A stretch of 52,840 nt of DNA from a virus (Duplodnaviria > Caudoviricetes), in IMG/VR virus record IMGVR_UViG_3300020202_000091, positions 1 through 52,840 of that record; one strand, written 5' to 3'. The notes below the pieces were generated by a model that worked only from the letters and a program-made list of their open reading frames with translations, was not told the origin of the DNA and ran no database searches. Below are positions 28,136 through 36,620 of the stretch, in pieces. The position numbers were made by a program, and so were the translations under genes. Position 1 is the first letter of the stretch. Each line of letters begins with the position of its first letter.

Positions 28136-28783
28136 ATGTATCAGAAGGACCGCTACGCCCGTGATCGGGTAATGAAGGCGGCACGTCTACTACTCCCATA
28201 TCTCAAAGAAGGTGATACCGTACTCGACGTTGGCTGCTTTACTATGGAAGCTAAGAAATACTTTCCAAGAGATGTTAAATATATCGGTTTAGATCAGAAA
28301 GCCTATCATCCACAGACTAGGGTTGTTGATTTAAACCATGGGTTTGAGCCGATAGAAGCCGCTCACGCTCTTTGCTTAGAAACTCTGGAACATCTAATTG
28401 ATCCAGAAGATACTCTGCACTCACTTCTCCAGTCGATTCGAGAAGATGGTAGAATCGTTGTTTCGCTACCCAACGAAGCAACTCTTTTCCACAGGATTCG
28501 CGCTCTTCTTGGGACCATTGACTCTGGTTGTTTCTCTGCCAATGGAAAGCACTTACACCTACCGTCTCTAAAACAAACACGGCAATGGCTTCTGACTCTG
28601 GCGGCCATTGAAAAAGAGATTTATTACGTATCGCCGACTGCGTGCGGTAGCAAACAGGAATGGGTTGGTAAAATTTTATCGCTATTACCAGACTCCATAC
28701 ACCAGTTTCTTGCTGATCGTTTTCCGTCATTATTCGCCCGTGGGTTTATTTTTTTACTGACAAAGCGCAAAGCTGTTCAATAG
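28136..28783 (+). CDS. Class I SAM-dependent methyltransferase
   Basis: VLDVGC, DLN, CLETLEHL.DP, VSLPN. Confidence 0.88.
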   Translation: MYQKDRYARDRVMKAARLLLPYLKEGDTVLDVGCFTMEAKKYFPRDVKYIGLDQKAYHPQTRVVDLNHGFEPIEAAHALCLETLEHLIDPEDTLHSLLQSIREDGRIVVSLPNEATLFHRIRALLGTIDSGCFSANGKHLHLPSLKQTRQWLLTLAAIEKEIYYVSPTACGSKQEWVGKILSLLPDSIHQFLADRFPSLFARGFIFLLTKRKAVQ

Positions 28784-29054
28784 GAAGATCCCAGTTCCCC
28801 TCTATCCGCTTTTTATTCTTTAGAATCCAAACACGATAACCGTCTTTCATCTTTCTATAGGCCGCAGAAAAGCCCCTGTATTTTGCCGAACTCTGGAAGT
28901 TTATAGCCTCCATTTTAGACTTTACGATGATCGATTCCTTATCTTTCATCTTGAGAATAAGTTTAGCAAACTTACTTCTTACTTCCTTCTCTTTCGGTAT
29001 GTCAGACGGCGGGATTATTTTGATGGTATTCGATTTCAATTTTATCCTCATCAA
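28746..29054 (-). CDS. Small basic protein, possibly DNA-binding
   Basis: Lys/Arg-rich with a GYRVW motif; start uncertain. Confidence 0.45.
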   Translation of the reverse strand: MMRIKLKSNTIKIIPPSDIPKEKEVRSKFAKLILKMKDKESIIVKSKMEAINFQSSAKYRGFSAAYRKMKDGYRVWILKNKKRIEGNWDLPIEQLCALSVKK

Positions 29055-29427
29055 TTATTACCGTGTTTGAATTGACGTTAAGGAAATTGCCGTTTACCGT
29101 GATGGTCCAATACTTTCCCTTTTTTAGGTCCGTACCGTAACCATTTATCGAAAGTATCCCTTGGCTATCTGTGCATATTTTCCCCCTTTTGGTTTCGTAT
29201 ATGTATTCGATTACTTGGCCTATTGAAAATCCTCTTGGGAATTTTATGTGTCTTGACTCTTGGTGGTTTGGAAATGACACGATAAGGTAAAGATCGTCAT
29301 AAGCAATCGCGCTCTCCGATGGTACGAGCTCGATGGAGTTTCTTTGAGGTAAAAGAGCCGCTGCCTTTGTTTCGGCAAAACTAGCGCTTGGCATTAGAAT
29401 AAGAAACAAAAATATCCAAAATTTCAT
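29002..29427 (-). CDS. Exported DUF4430/transcobalamin C-terminal-like beta-grasp protein
   Basis: GAGGAG RBS; signal peptide (SFA); ILSING.......YW...VNG...V........D.I...Y pattern. Confidence 0.65.
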   Translation of the reverse strand: MKFWIFLFLILMPSASFAETKAAALLPQRNSIELVPSESAIAYDDLYLIVSFPNHQESRHIKFPRGFSIGQVIEYIYETKRGKICTDSQGILSINGYGTDLKKGKYWTITVNGNFLNVNSNTVIIDEDKIEIEYHQNNPAV

Positions 29428-29436
29428 TTAAACTCC

Positions 29437-29571
29437 TCATTTTCTAAGCTTTCTATTTTTTTCTTCAAATAAGAACCTTATGGCTCTTTCTATCCGCCTA
29501 AGCTCTGTCATTAAATCAGCGTACCTTTTTTGCGCCTTCTCAATTTTTTTATCTATGGACAATGTTCTCAT
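29437..29571 (-). CDS. Small coiled-coil protein
   Basis: ATGA coupling to the radical SAM stop codon. Confidence 0.5.
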   Translation of the reverse strand: MRTLSIDKKIEKAQKRYADLMTELRRIERAIRFLFEEKNRKLRK

Positions 29572-30617
29572 TTGAATAGCTTCCTTAATTTTTCTTCTAT
29601 CACCAGTCTCCCCCCTCTTATTAAATAAGTGAAATCCTCCCATCTTTTTATATCCATTACTTTCCTGTACCAAAATTCAGGTGATCTGTAAGCGTCATAT
29701 ATCATCGGAACGTACTTATGCCCCCTTGAGTTTGGGTCGGGTTTCGTTCTTGGTGGGCTGAATACTGACGCTTGGGCTGTTTTTACATAGCCTTTCTTAA
29801 GGAGATGATGTACTAGCCTTACGGTCCTCATCGAGTCTTCGTGCGTTTCCCATTCATACCCAAACATGGAGGTCAGGTGGACTTCAAGCCCAGCATCATT
29901 CATGGCCTTCATGTTCTCTACTACTTTTTCCGAGTCTTGGCCCTTTCTGATAATGTCTATTGTTTTTTGATTTGCCGATTCAATCCCAACGAGTATGAAT
30001 CGGAACCCAGCTTGTTTCATTAGCTTGAACGGAACTACTTTTTCAGAAATTGGCTTCATGTTGCAGCCGAGCATTATCTTTTTATTCCGGCCTGAGCGAA
30101 TCATCTTAAGACAAAACTCTTCGAGCCATGGACCGATAGGAAAAGTGCCAGAATCGTCAAAAACCTCACGGAATCCTAAACGGATAAGATCGTCTATTTC
30201 CTCGATTACATGGTCTACTGATCTAAGTCCGCGCTTCTCCCCCGCCTCTAGTTTTGCGGTATCAATGCAAAACGTACATTTCCCCCACCAGCAAAGGTTC
30301 GAGACCATCATGTGTGTTGCTGGATGAAACTTATAGTTTCCGTAGGATTGCCAGCGTTTGTTCTTGGCGTCGGTGAATGTGCGGTCTGGGTATGGGAGTT
30401 TTTCAAATGGAACATCTATCTGGAAATCATTTTTTATGATTTTGTCAGACGCGGCAGCAATAACACCCACCTCCCATTTCTCCGGTCCCCAAAAAACTTC
30501 ATTCCCATTGTTTTTTAGATAAGTCGCATACATAGCAAGATGGGCTGGATACACCCAAACAGGCTTTTCGAATTGGCGTTGCTGGTTATATGGATTTAGT
30601 GGGAATAGGTATCGCAT
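29568..30617 (-). CDS. Radical SAM enzyme related to the cobalamin-dependent class, with shortened N-terminal domain
   Basis: CWWGKCTFC, RSVDHVIEEI, GIESANQ, MFGY.WET. Confidence 0.88.
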   Translation of the reverse strand: MRYLFPLNPYNQQRQFEKPVWVYPAHLAMYATYLKNNGNEVFWGPEKWEVGVIAAASDKIIKNDFQIDVPFEKLPYPDRTFTDAKNKRWQSYGNYKFHPATHMMVSNLCWWGKCTFCIDTAKLEAGEKRGLRSVDHVIEEIDDLIRLGFREVFDDSGTFPIGPWLEEFCLKMIRSGRNKKIMLGCNMKPISEKVVPFKLMKQAGFRFILVGIESANQKTIDIIRKGQDSEKVVENMKAMNDAGLEVHLTSMFGYEWETHEDSMRTVRLVHHLLKKGYVKTAQASVFSPPRTKPDPNSRGHKYVPMIYDAYRSPEFWYRKVMDIKRWEDFTYLIRGGRLVIEEKLRKLFK

Positions 30618-30927
30618 TTAAATGCTTTCCCTTCGTGTGTTTTGGGCAGAATGCCGTTCTTTTTGAGAACAATACATTGCCCTCATGTGTGTGTTGCACG
30701 ATTACTGGATTTCGTCCACATTTTATGCAGACAAGCGATTCGGCCCATCTCTTAACGCGCTCTCTTTGGCACTCGCGGCGTCTTTCCAGCCTCTCCTCTG
30801 GAGACATCTTTGGCCTGGGATTTTTAAGAACGTATTTTCTTTTCTCCGAACCAAGAAGATGGGCCCTTTTTATGATCGCAATTCTGTCCCTTTGAACGGA
30901 AAATGCCTGCGTTGGGCTAGACATCAA
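30586..30927 (-). CDS. Basic zinc-finger-like protein
   Basis: CIKC...CPKH. Confidence 0.5.
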   Translation of the reverse strand: MMSSPTQAFSVQRDRIAIIKRAHLLGSEKRKYVLKNPRPKMSPEERLERRRECQRERVKRWAESLVCIKCGRNPVIVQHTHEGNVLFSKRTAFCPKHTKGKHLNAIPIPTKSI

Positions 30928-31242
30928 AACCTCTCCCTAGCTATGTTTAACTTATACCCCGACAAACATTTATGCAGCGTCCCGCTCATATTGTGTGGCA
31001 CCCTATCAATAAACTTTATTTTTGATTCACAAACACCGCATCTATCGAGGAGCCTTTTTGGTCTTTTACCTTTTCTTGACATGATTACGCTATCTTCCAA
31101 ATCCCGGTTCTTAGGTAGCTTTCTTTTGTTCTTTTAAAGTCAGAGTCAAAGCACTTCTGACACAAACCCTCTTTCTTCCTTCCACACCTTGTGCAGTGCC
31201 CAAGAGAAAGCATCCTTTTACGCCATTCTTCACTAAAGCGCC

Positions 31243-31467
31243 TCATTTGTTACCTCTCTTTGTCTCGGCTAACACCTTTTTACGCAGCGCTCTCCTGGCT
31301 ATCTTCCATGCCCTGTCTACCTTATGTTTTGACATTGCGGATAATTGGAAATAATCGTTTGGATGTCCTTCCCAGCCGCCGTTTCCCCAGTTCTTTTCGT
31401 CGGCGTAGATTTCCAGTGCCTCTCGGTATGTCTTCTCGCGTTTTGATTCTCTTGTTTGCCTAGACAC
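31243..31467 (-). CDS. Hypothetical phage protein
   Basis: REALEIYAD...W...ARRAL, a common phage small-ORF pattern. Confidence 0.55.
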   Translation of the reverse strand: MSRQTRESKREKTYREALEIYADEKNWGNGGWEGHPNDYFQLSAMSKHKVDRAWKIARRALRKKVLAETKRGNK

Positions 31468-32101
31468 CCTTCACCACCTTAAACGGTATAACGACTATCT
31501 CAGGGTTGGCGTTCCATCCTTTAGGGCTGTTTGGTTTGTGGAGGGTATCCCAAATGTCTTTGAATCTGTTTACGCGAATGCGTGGAAAATCTGCTGTGGT
31601 ATAAATATCGTAATTGCAGATTATTTCTCGCGTAATGCCTTCCGACATCGCATCTTCCTCGCTGATTTCCTGCAACCTCTCAAGGTAAGCGTCCTTTGTG
31701 GCTTCGAGGAGGATACGAGAGGCCCATTTTGGCATGTGGATTGCTTGGCAATTGCCTTTCTTTGTTGAGAAGTACTCTGCTTGGGTAATCTCGTCAATTT
31801 CGCCGTGCTCGCCTTCGTTTTCTACAAGCCCTTCGATTCTTTTTTCCTGGCCATCCTCATAGACCACGGTTGCCATAGCCTCCGAAATGCATTCATAGCC
31901 GCTCTCGGTATTCGATTCTTCTCCAGGCCAAAAGTCTTTTATCCTGAAAGTCTCCTTCGCCCACAACCTGTCCCCCTTCTTGACCTTCAACCATTTGTGA
32001 TCTGTCCGGCGGGTCATGGTTTTTCGGCCTTCTAAGATGGCCCTGACCATAGGGGCGCTCATTAGGATGGGATACTCTTTCATGGTTTCCTCTTTTTGCA
32101 T
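31460..32101 (-). CDS. ASCH/PUA-like phage protein
   Basis: PILMSAPMVRAILEGRKTMTRR, GDRLWAKETF, IHMPKWASR, ERLQEISEEDA..EG, WNANP. Confidence 0.85.
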   Translation of the reverse strand: MQKEETMKEYPILMSAPMVRAILEGRKTMTRRTDHKWLKVKKGDRLWAKETFRIKDFWPGEESNTESGYECISEAMATVVYEDGQEKRIEGLVENEGEHGEIDEITQAEYFSTKKGNCQAIHMPKWASRILLEATKDAYLERLQEISEEDAMSEGITREIICNYDIYTTADFPRIRVNRFKDIWDTLHKPNSPKGWNANPEIVVIPFKVVKGV

Positions 32102-32381
32102 CGGCAGTAATATTCGATTTTGTTCCTAATGCCTGTTAACCAAGGCCACATAGGAATAACTTTTTCTCTGTCATACCTATGGTGGTGCTTTTTGGGTTTC
32201 TTTTTGTCTAGTGGGCTCATTAGTTATCTTGGCCGATGCTGTACGTTGGCCTCTCCTGTGGTCGTGGAATATTGGACGTAACAATAATTTTGTTGCATAC
32301 GGTACAACGCCTTTCCTGGAGGTTCAGATCAACACGCATCCACATCCCAGGCTTGCAACCGTCTTTATCGCACTCGCTCAT

Positions 32382-32720
32382 CTACTCACTCCTTTTATCG
32401 TGGGTGTTTTGGGAACGGATTTTCTTGGCGAGTGAACTCAGCATATTGACGCACCATTTGGTCCCAACTTTCACATCGCCCATGTCGTAAACTTTATGCA
32501 TCATCTTCTTGACCTCTTCGGCATCCTTATCTTTCTGGGCCTCGGCGCATTTTTTGCCGAAGGAAGCTATTGCTTGGAGCTGCTGTTTCATTATCTTTAT
32601 TGGCTTATCGGTGGTTTTATCGTAGACGGACACGAGTTGGCCGATAGTGACAAGATCGTCATAAAGCTTACGCGCCTCTTCTTCATAGTTCATGGGGTCG
32701 GTGCTTTGGTTGGGGGTCAT
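32382..32720 (-). CDS. Hypothetical protein
   Basis: Coupled ORF in the minus-strand operon. Confidence 0.5.
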   Translation of the reverse strand: MTPNQSTDPMNYEEEARKLYDDLVTIGQLVSVYDKTTDKPIKIMKQQLQAIASFGKKCAEAQKDKDAEEVKKMMHKVYDMGDVKVGTKWCVNMLSSLAKKIRSQNTHDKRSE

Positions 32721-32956
32721 TTGAAACACTTCCCAGACATCGCCTGTTCTTTGATGTATTTCAGACCAGAAAAACTCCATCTATTCATTATGGCTTTGTT
32801 TACTTTGGGCCAGTTAATAGAGTCTCTTTCGGAGGATTTTAAAGCCAGCGCATAGGTTTGAGCGATGTTCTTTCGTTTCATTTCAGGCATGGCTATTTCA
32901 TCTAAAAGCGTTGACTCGCAGCACATGAGTTCCATTGTGATTTTTGGCTCGCTCAC
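32717..32956 (-). CDS. Hypothetical protein
   Basis: AGGAG RBS; coupled. Confidence 0.6.
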   Translation of the reverse strand: MSEPKITMELMCCESTLLDEIAMPEMKRKNIAQTYALALKSSERDSINWPKVNKAIMNRWSFSGLKYIKEQAMSGKCFK

Positions 32957-33561
32957 TTCTCACTCCTTTTATTGGGGGCTTTTGGTCTAGTGTCCTCTTT
33001 GGGCATTTGCAATAATTCGGGGTTCGAGTAAATATCGCCGATGACTTCGATAGAGTGTCCGTACTCTTCTTCAAAATATGAATCTTTGAGTTCGATGGAA
33101 AACTTGGCCTCTTTGTCGATCCATTTCATAACACCTAATTCGGAATGCGTAATTCTCGTGTCGTAAGGAGGCCCGTTTTTTACCTCTGTTTCGACGCCAT
33201 ATTCCTTTGAGACTTTAAGAATATCCCCCTCATAGATGGGCTTGCCGTTCTTGTCGTGGAGGCCGGTGAATTGCATGAGTTCTAAAAGTTCGTAGCCATG
33301 AGAAATTATTTTCTTGCCACTTAGATAGGTGCCAACCTCCTCGCCGTAGACCATAAGATGCTTAATCGTCAGCGGGTCAGTATTTGGGTTGTCTTTATCC
33401 CATTGTTCAAGAAACTCAGAACGCCACACTTGTTCGTGTGCGCAAGCTTCAAAAATGTCTGGAGATTCGTCTATCTTTTCTTCGGTTTTCTTGTAGGCCC
33501 AATTCCAACGGTTATCCGTCGTATGCTTCACCCACGCCCTGAACTTGATCTCACGACCCAT
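32953..33561 (-). CDS. YopX family protein
   Basis: REIKFRAW, LMQFTGLHDKNGKPIYEGDI, EVIGDIYSNPELL. Confidence 0.9.
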   Translation of the reverse strand: MGREIKFRAWVKHTTDNRWNWAYKKTEEKIDESPDIFEACAHEQVWRSEFLEQWDKDNPNTDPLTIKHLMVYGEEVGTYLSGKKIISHGYELLELMQFTGLHDKNGKPIYEGDILKVSKEYGVETEVKNGPPYDTRITHSELGVMKWIDKEAKFSIELKDSYFEEEYGHSIEVIGDIYSNPELLQMPKEDTRPKAPNKRSEK

Positions 33562-33597
33562 GTTTAGCTACCGCCTTTCTTTGATCTAGTGGATTCA

Positions 33598-33786
33598 TTA
33601 TTTGTCCTTAATATTCACTTCGACTATTTTATTTTCTGGTAGATTAAACCTGATGGTCTGTTTGAATAATCCGTTGGTCGTTACAATTGTTCCATCTGGC
33701 AAATTCTGCAACAACTGAGACAGCATTTTTGAATCCCAACCGTTAGTAGAAGTTATCGTAATGCTTGGTTTTGATTGTTCGTTCAT
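33598..33786 (-). CDS. Hypothetical protein
   Basis: GGGGGAG RBS. Confidence 0.5.
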   Translation of the reverse strand: MNEQSKPSITITSTNGWDSKMLSQLLQNLPDGTIVTTNGLFKQTIRFNLPENKIVEVNIKDK

Positions 33787-33823
33787 CTCTCCCCCATGTC
33801 CTGCAGCATCAGTTTGTTCATGT

Positions 33824-34258
33824 CTAGGAAGCCGCGTGTATCTTGGTTACTTCAGCCAGTCTTTCTTGCAACCGCTCTCTTAGTTCCAAAAAATCCTCGT
33901 AATACATCTTTTGAATCCCTCGGTTTTCTTGAAGGTAAAGCCAGCGGCCTGGGAACTTCGTCTTGAACCACTCCGCCGCCTCCATCGGGTTTTTGTGCCA
34001 CCATCCCATGTGACAATGAAAGCAAAGGGTCTTTATGTTCGCTTCTTCCCAGCGCAGCTTGTTTCCAGCCGATACGGGGATAACGTGGGAGCCCTGGCAG
34101 TTTTTTCCCTCTACGAGCTTCAAGCACTTCTGACAGATATTGCCGTCCCTGATCTTGATAATGGTCTTAACGAGCGTGTCGCACTGGTTTTTCAGCTTGG
34201 CTACGGGCTCTTTGGACTGTTTTTTGATTCTTTTTTGTCTAGCGATGGCTTTGGGCAT
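33824..34258 (-). CDS. NinG-like HNH-fold nuclease
   Basis: IKIRDG..CQKC...SH.I......LRW...N...LCFHCH. Confidence 0.8.
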   Translation of the reverse strand: MPKAIARQKRIKKQSKEPVAKLKNQCDTLVKTIIKIRDGNICQKCLKLVEGKNCQGSHVIPVSAGNKLRWEEANIKTLCFHCHMGWWHKNPMEAAEWFKTKFPGRWLYLQENRGIQKMYYEDFLELRERLQERLAEVTKIHAAS

Positions 34259-35027
34259 TGTGAAATTCCATTATTCTTTCTCCGATCCATTGGACAACGC
34301 GAACATCTTGGCCGTTGCCGAGCAAGTTTCCACGCTCCAAGACAGCGGTACACCCATCATCATTTCGAGCATAGTCGGAGTAGGCTTTAAGCCATGCCTC
34401 TGTGCTAACCACTCCGAAAGGTTGCCCCATTCGTGCTTTAGACCACGACGGATCAACGACGTTAAAGACAAAGTTTTCATCCGCTTCCCTTCGCTGGCTC
34501 CGGGGGTAGGCAACAACGAAAACTCTGTCGCGGATGTGAGGTCCACCGAAGGCGCAAGCCGGTAAGCAATCCCATTCCGTATCGAACCCGCTCTCGGCCA
34601 AGTCTCCGAGAACGACTCCAAGCCCCCTTCCAAGCAATGCTGTGACGCTTTCCACAAGGACGTAGCGCGGTCGTACTTCGCGAATGATTCGGAGCATTTC
34701 TTTCCAGAGCCCTGAACGTTCGCCTGTGATTCCGGCACCACGGCCAGCGGTTGAGATGTCTTGGCAAGGGAAACCTCCGGAAATAAGGTCGATTTGCTCG
34801 GTGGTGAGAACGTATTTCTGTCCGTCATAGACGTTGATATTTCCTTCGTGCGTTCTCGTGAAATTCGCTTGTTTGATGTCACCGAGCTTGAAGGTGTGCG
34901 GCCATCGGAGCGCGAGGATTTTTTGGCAGTAGTCATCTATCTCCACCTGTCCGACGATTTCCATTCCAGCCAGCTCCAGTCCGTAGTCCCCCAAACCACC
35001 GCCTGAGAAAAGCGAAAGGACCCTCAT
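34239..35027 (-). CDS. dcm: C5 cytosine DNA methyltransferase, alpha polypeptide
   Basis: Motif I LFSGGG, IV GGFPCQ, VI VESV, VIII HIRDRVF, X LGNG; motif IX absent. Confidence 0.9.
   Translation of the reverse strand: MRVLSLFSGGGLGDYGLELAGMEIVGQVEIDDYCQKILALRWPHTFKLGDIKQANFTRTHEGNINVYDGQKYVLTTEQIDLISGGFPCQDISTAGRGAGITGERSGLWKEMLRIIREVRPRYVLVESVTALLGRGLGVVLGDLAESGFDTEWDCLPACAFGGPHIRDRVFVVAYPRSQRREADENFVFNVVDPSWSKARMGQPFGVVSTEAWLKAYSDYARNDDGCTAVLERGNLLGNGQDVRVVQWIGERIMEFHNAQSHR
34271..34936 (-). CDS. Putative beta polypeptide of the methyltransferase, in an alternative frame
   Basis: Nested same-strand ORF with LLPTP and motif IX-like PTMLEMMMGVPLSW. Confidence 0.7.
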   Translation of the reverse strand: MTTAKKSSRSDGRTPSSSVTSNKRISRERTKEISTSMTDRNTFSPPSKSTLFPEVSLAKTSQPLAVVPESQANVQGSGKKCSESFAKYDRATSLWKASQHCLEGGLESFSETWPRAGSIRNGIAYRLAPSVDLTSATEFSLLPTPGASEGKRMKTLSLTSLIRRGLKHEWGNLSEWLAQRHGLKPTPTMLEMMMGVPLSWSVETCSATAKMFALSNGSEKE

Positions 35028-35064
35028 TTTTTATGAACACCGCTGCTTCCTAGACATCAATCCA

Positions 35065-35568
35065 TCAACTCCCCGTTATTAGGTTCTCGGTCTTGAATGT
35101 TTTAAAGGCGCGGATTTTATAAATATTATCTTTGGTAGTGCCGTAGGCCTCTGCTATAGCCTTTGGGCTGAAACCAAAATTATCTATTTCCCTAATTTCC
35201 GACGCATCCGTGAAGGTCAATATTCTGGTTTGTGTATCTTTCATTCCGTGGCATCTAGAGCACAATGTCTGTAAGTTATCCAAAGAATTATTTTTATCTT
35301 TTGCCTTTTTTCCAACTCCACGACCGTCAATATGATCTATCGTTATGTCCTTATTAAATTTTTTCTTGTGTTCCTCCCGAGTGATTCCGCATTTGACGCA
35401 TTTATAACCATCACGCTTTAATGCCGCCTCTCTATTTCCACCAAAACGACCACTATTTGCGCAATCCCTACATTCATAGGACTTTCCCAATGGCTGAGTC
35501 TTATTGTTGTAAAAATATTTTATGTTTTTACGTTTTTTACAGACATAGCACTTTCTTAAAATTATCAT
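35065..35568 (-). CDS. HNH endonuclease with zinc finger and C-terminal HTH
   Basis: RDGYKCVKC, IDHID, NNSLDNLQTLCSRCH. Confidence 0.88.
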   Translation of the reverse strand: MIILRKCYVCKKRKNIKYFYNNKTQPLGKSYECRDCANSGRFGGNREAALKRDGYKCVKCGITREEHKKKFNKDITIDHIDGRGVGKKAKDKNNSLDNLQTLCSRCHGMKDTQTRILTFTDASEIREIDNFGFSPKAIAEAYGTTKDNIYKIRAFKTFKTENLITGS

Positions 35569-35802
35569 CTAGCCTTCCTCGCCAGGTTCGCGTGGTTCGT
35601 ACCATTCCCTCTTGACCTTCACCTCTTTCGGTACAAACTCTCTTATGACATAGGTTTTGGGAGCACCCTCTATCACTGATCTGCAATGTGTCTCGTGGTC
35701 TTTGCAGAGAGGGAATTCTATTAGGAGTTTGCAGGAGTCCAAATCATAAGTTCCTGGGTGTAGACAGATGAAGCATTTCTTGGTCTCGGCTAACACGGTC
35801 AT
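35569..35802 (-). CDS. Small Cys/His protein
   Basis: CFIC...LCKDH; coupled. Confidence 0.55.
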   Translation of the reverse strand: MTVLAETKKCFICLHPGTYDLDSCKLLIEFPLCKDHETHCRSVIEGAPKTYVIREFVPKEVKVKREWYEPREPGEEG

Positions 35803-36584
35803 TTAGCAACGCTTTCGTTTTGGTGTTGAAGCATATGCTTTGCGAACTCGTTTTCGGGTATTTCCTTGCCACAGGTTTCGAGATAACACTTTTTGGTGAA
35901 TATTGGTTTTGTGATCTGCGTAACCACGGAATGCGGCGAAACCCAGTCCCGCCAGTTGTTGAACCACGTTGAGGCGTTTTTAATAAAGCCCTTTTTAACG
36001 CGCTCAGACGCGAGATAATTTTTTAAAGCCGTCTGTATATCCTTCCAGTCGTTTTCGTTCAACACCGAGGCTAGAAAGTACCTTTCTGATGCCTTCTTGC
36101 CGTCTTTGTTCGGGTATTTCGTCCAGATTTCTTCAAACCAGGCGAGTTTATCTTTTTTAGTTGGTTCGGTAGGTATGGTTTGGTTGGTTGGTATGGGGGA
36201 TTGCTTCGCTTCGTCACAAGCATTGCTTGAAGCATTGCTTATTCCCCATCTTTTCTTCGCTGCCGTCTTTGCCCTTTCTTTGAAGAATTTAAGATGCCCT
36301 GAATGTTCTTCCCAATCTTTGACGCAATACTCACCGTCAAAAATTAGGAACCCGACTTTTACCATTGCCTGTACCAGCTCCCCGCTTTTTCCCCACCATC
36401 CAAGAATAGACTCGATCTCCTGTGCGGAATGGTCGGTAAGTTTGCCGCTTTCAACGTGGTACTTACCGCAGTAGCACCACAGTTTGATAGGCAATACTTC
36501 AACGCCCTTCCCAAGCAGTCCAACCAGTCTCCTTGTCTTTGGATGTTCAAAAAAATCAAGGTCAAGATTGAGATACGCCACCAA
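35799..36584 (-). CDS. Phage replication initiator (replisome organiser type)
   Basis: LDLDFFEHPK N-terminal domain, DWEEH, low-complexity linker, FEEIWTKYP.K.GK and KNASTWFN C-terminal domain. Confidence 0.8.
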   Translation of the reverse strand: MVAYLNLDLDFFEHPKTRRLVGLLGKGVEVLPIKLWCYCGKYHVESGKLTDHSAQEIESILGWWGKSGELVQAMVKVGFLIFDGEYCVKDWEEHSGHLKFFKERAKTAAKKRWGISNASSNACDEAKQSPIPTNQTIPTEPTKKDKLAWFEEIWTKYPNKDGKKASERYFLASVLNENDWKDIQTALKNYLASERVKKGFIKNASTWFNNWRDWVSPHSVVTQITKPIFTKKCYLETCGKEIPENEFAKHMLQHQNESVAK

Positions 36585-36620
36585 TTACTCCGTAGATTTC
36601 GTTAAAAATACTTAATGAAA

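Noticed and set aside
16096-28783. DNA hypermodification as the role of the glycosyltransferase cluster
   Set aside because: No TET/JBP, hydroxymethylase, deazaguanine enzymes or phage DNA polymerase were recognised, and GT-C plus Dpm1-like enzymes point to lipid-linked membrane chemistry. It is not fully excluded for individual soluble enzymes.
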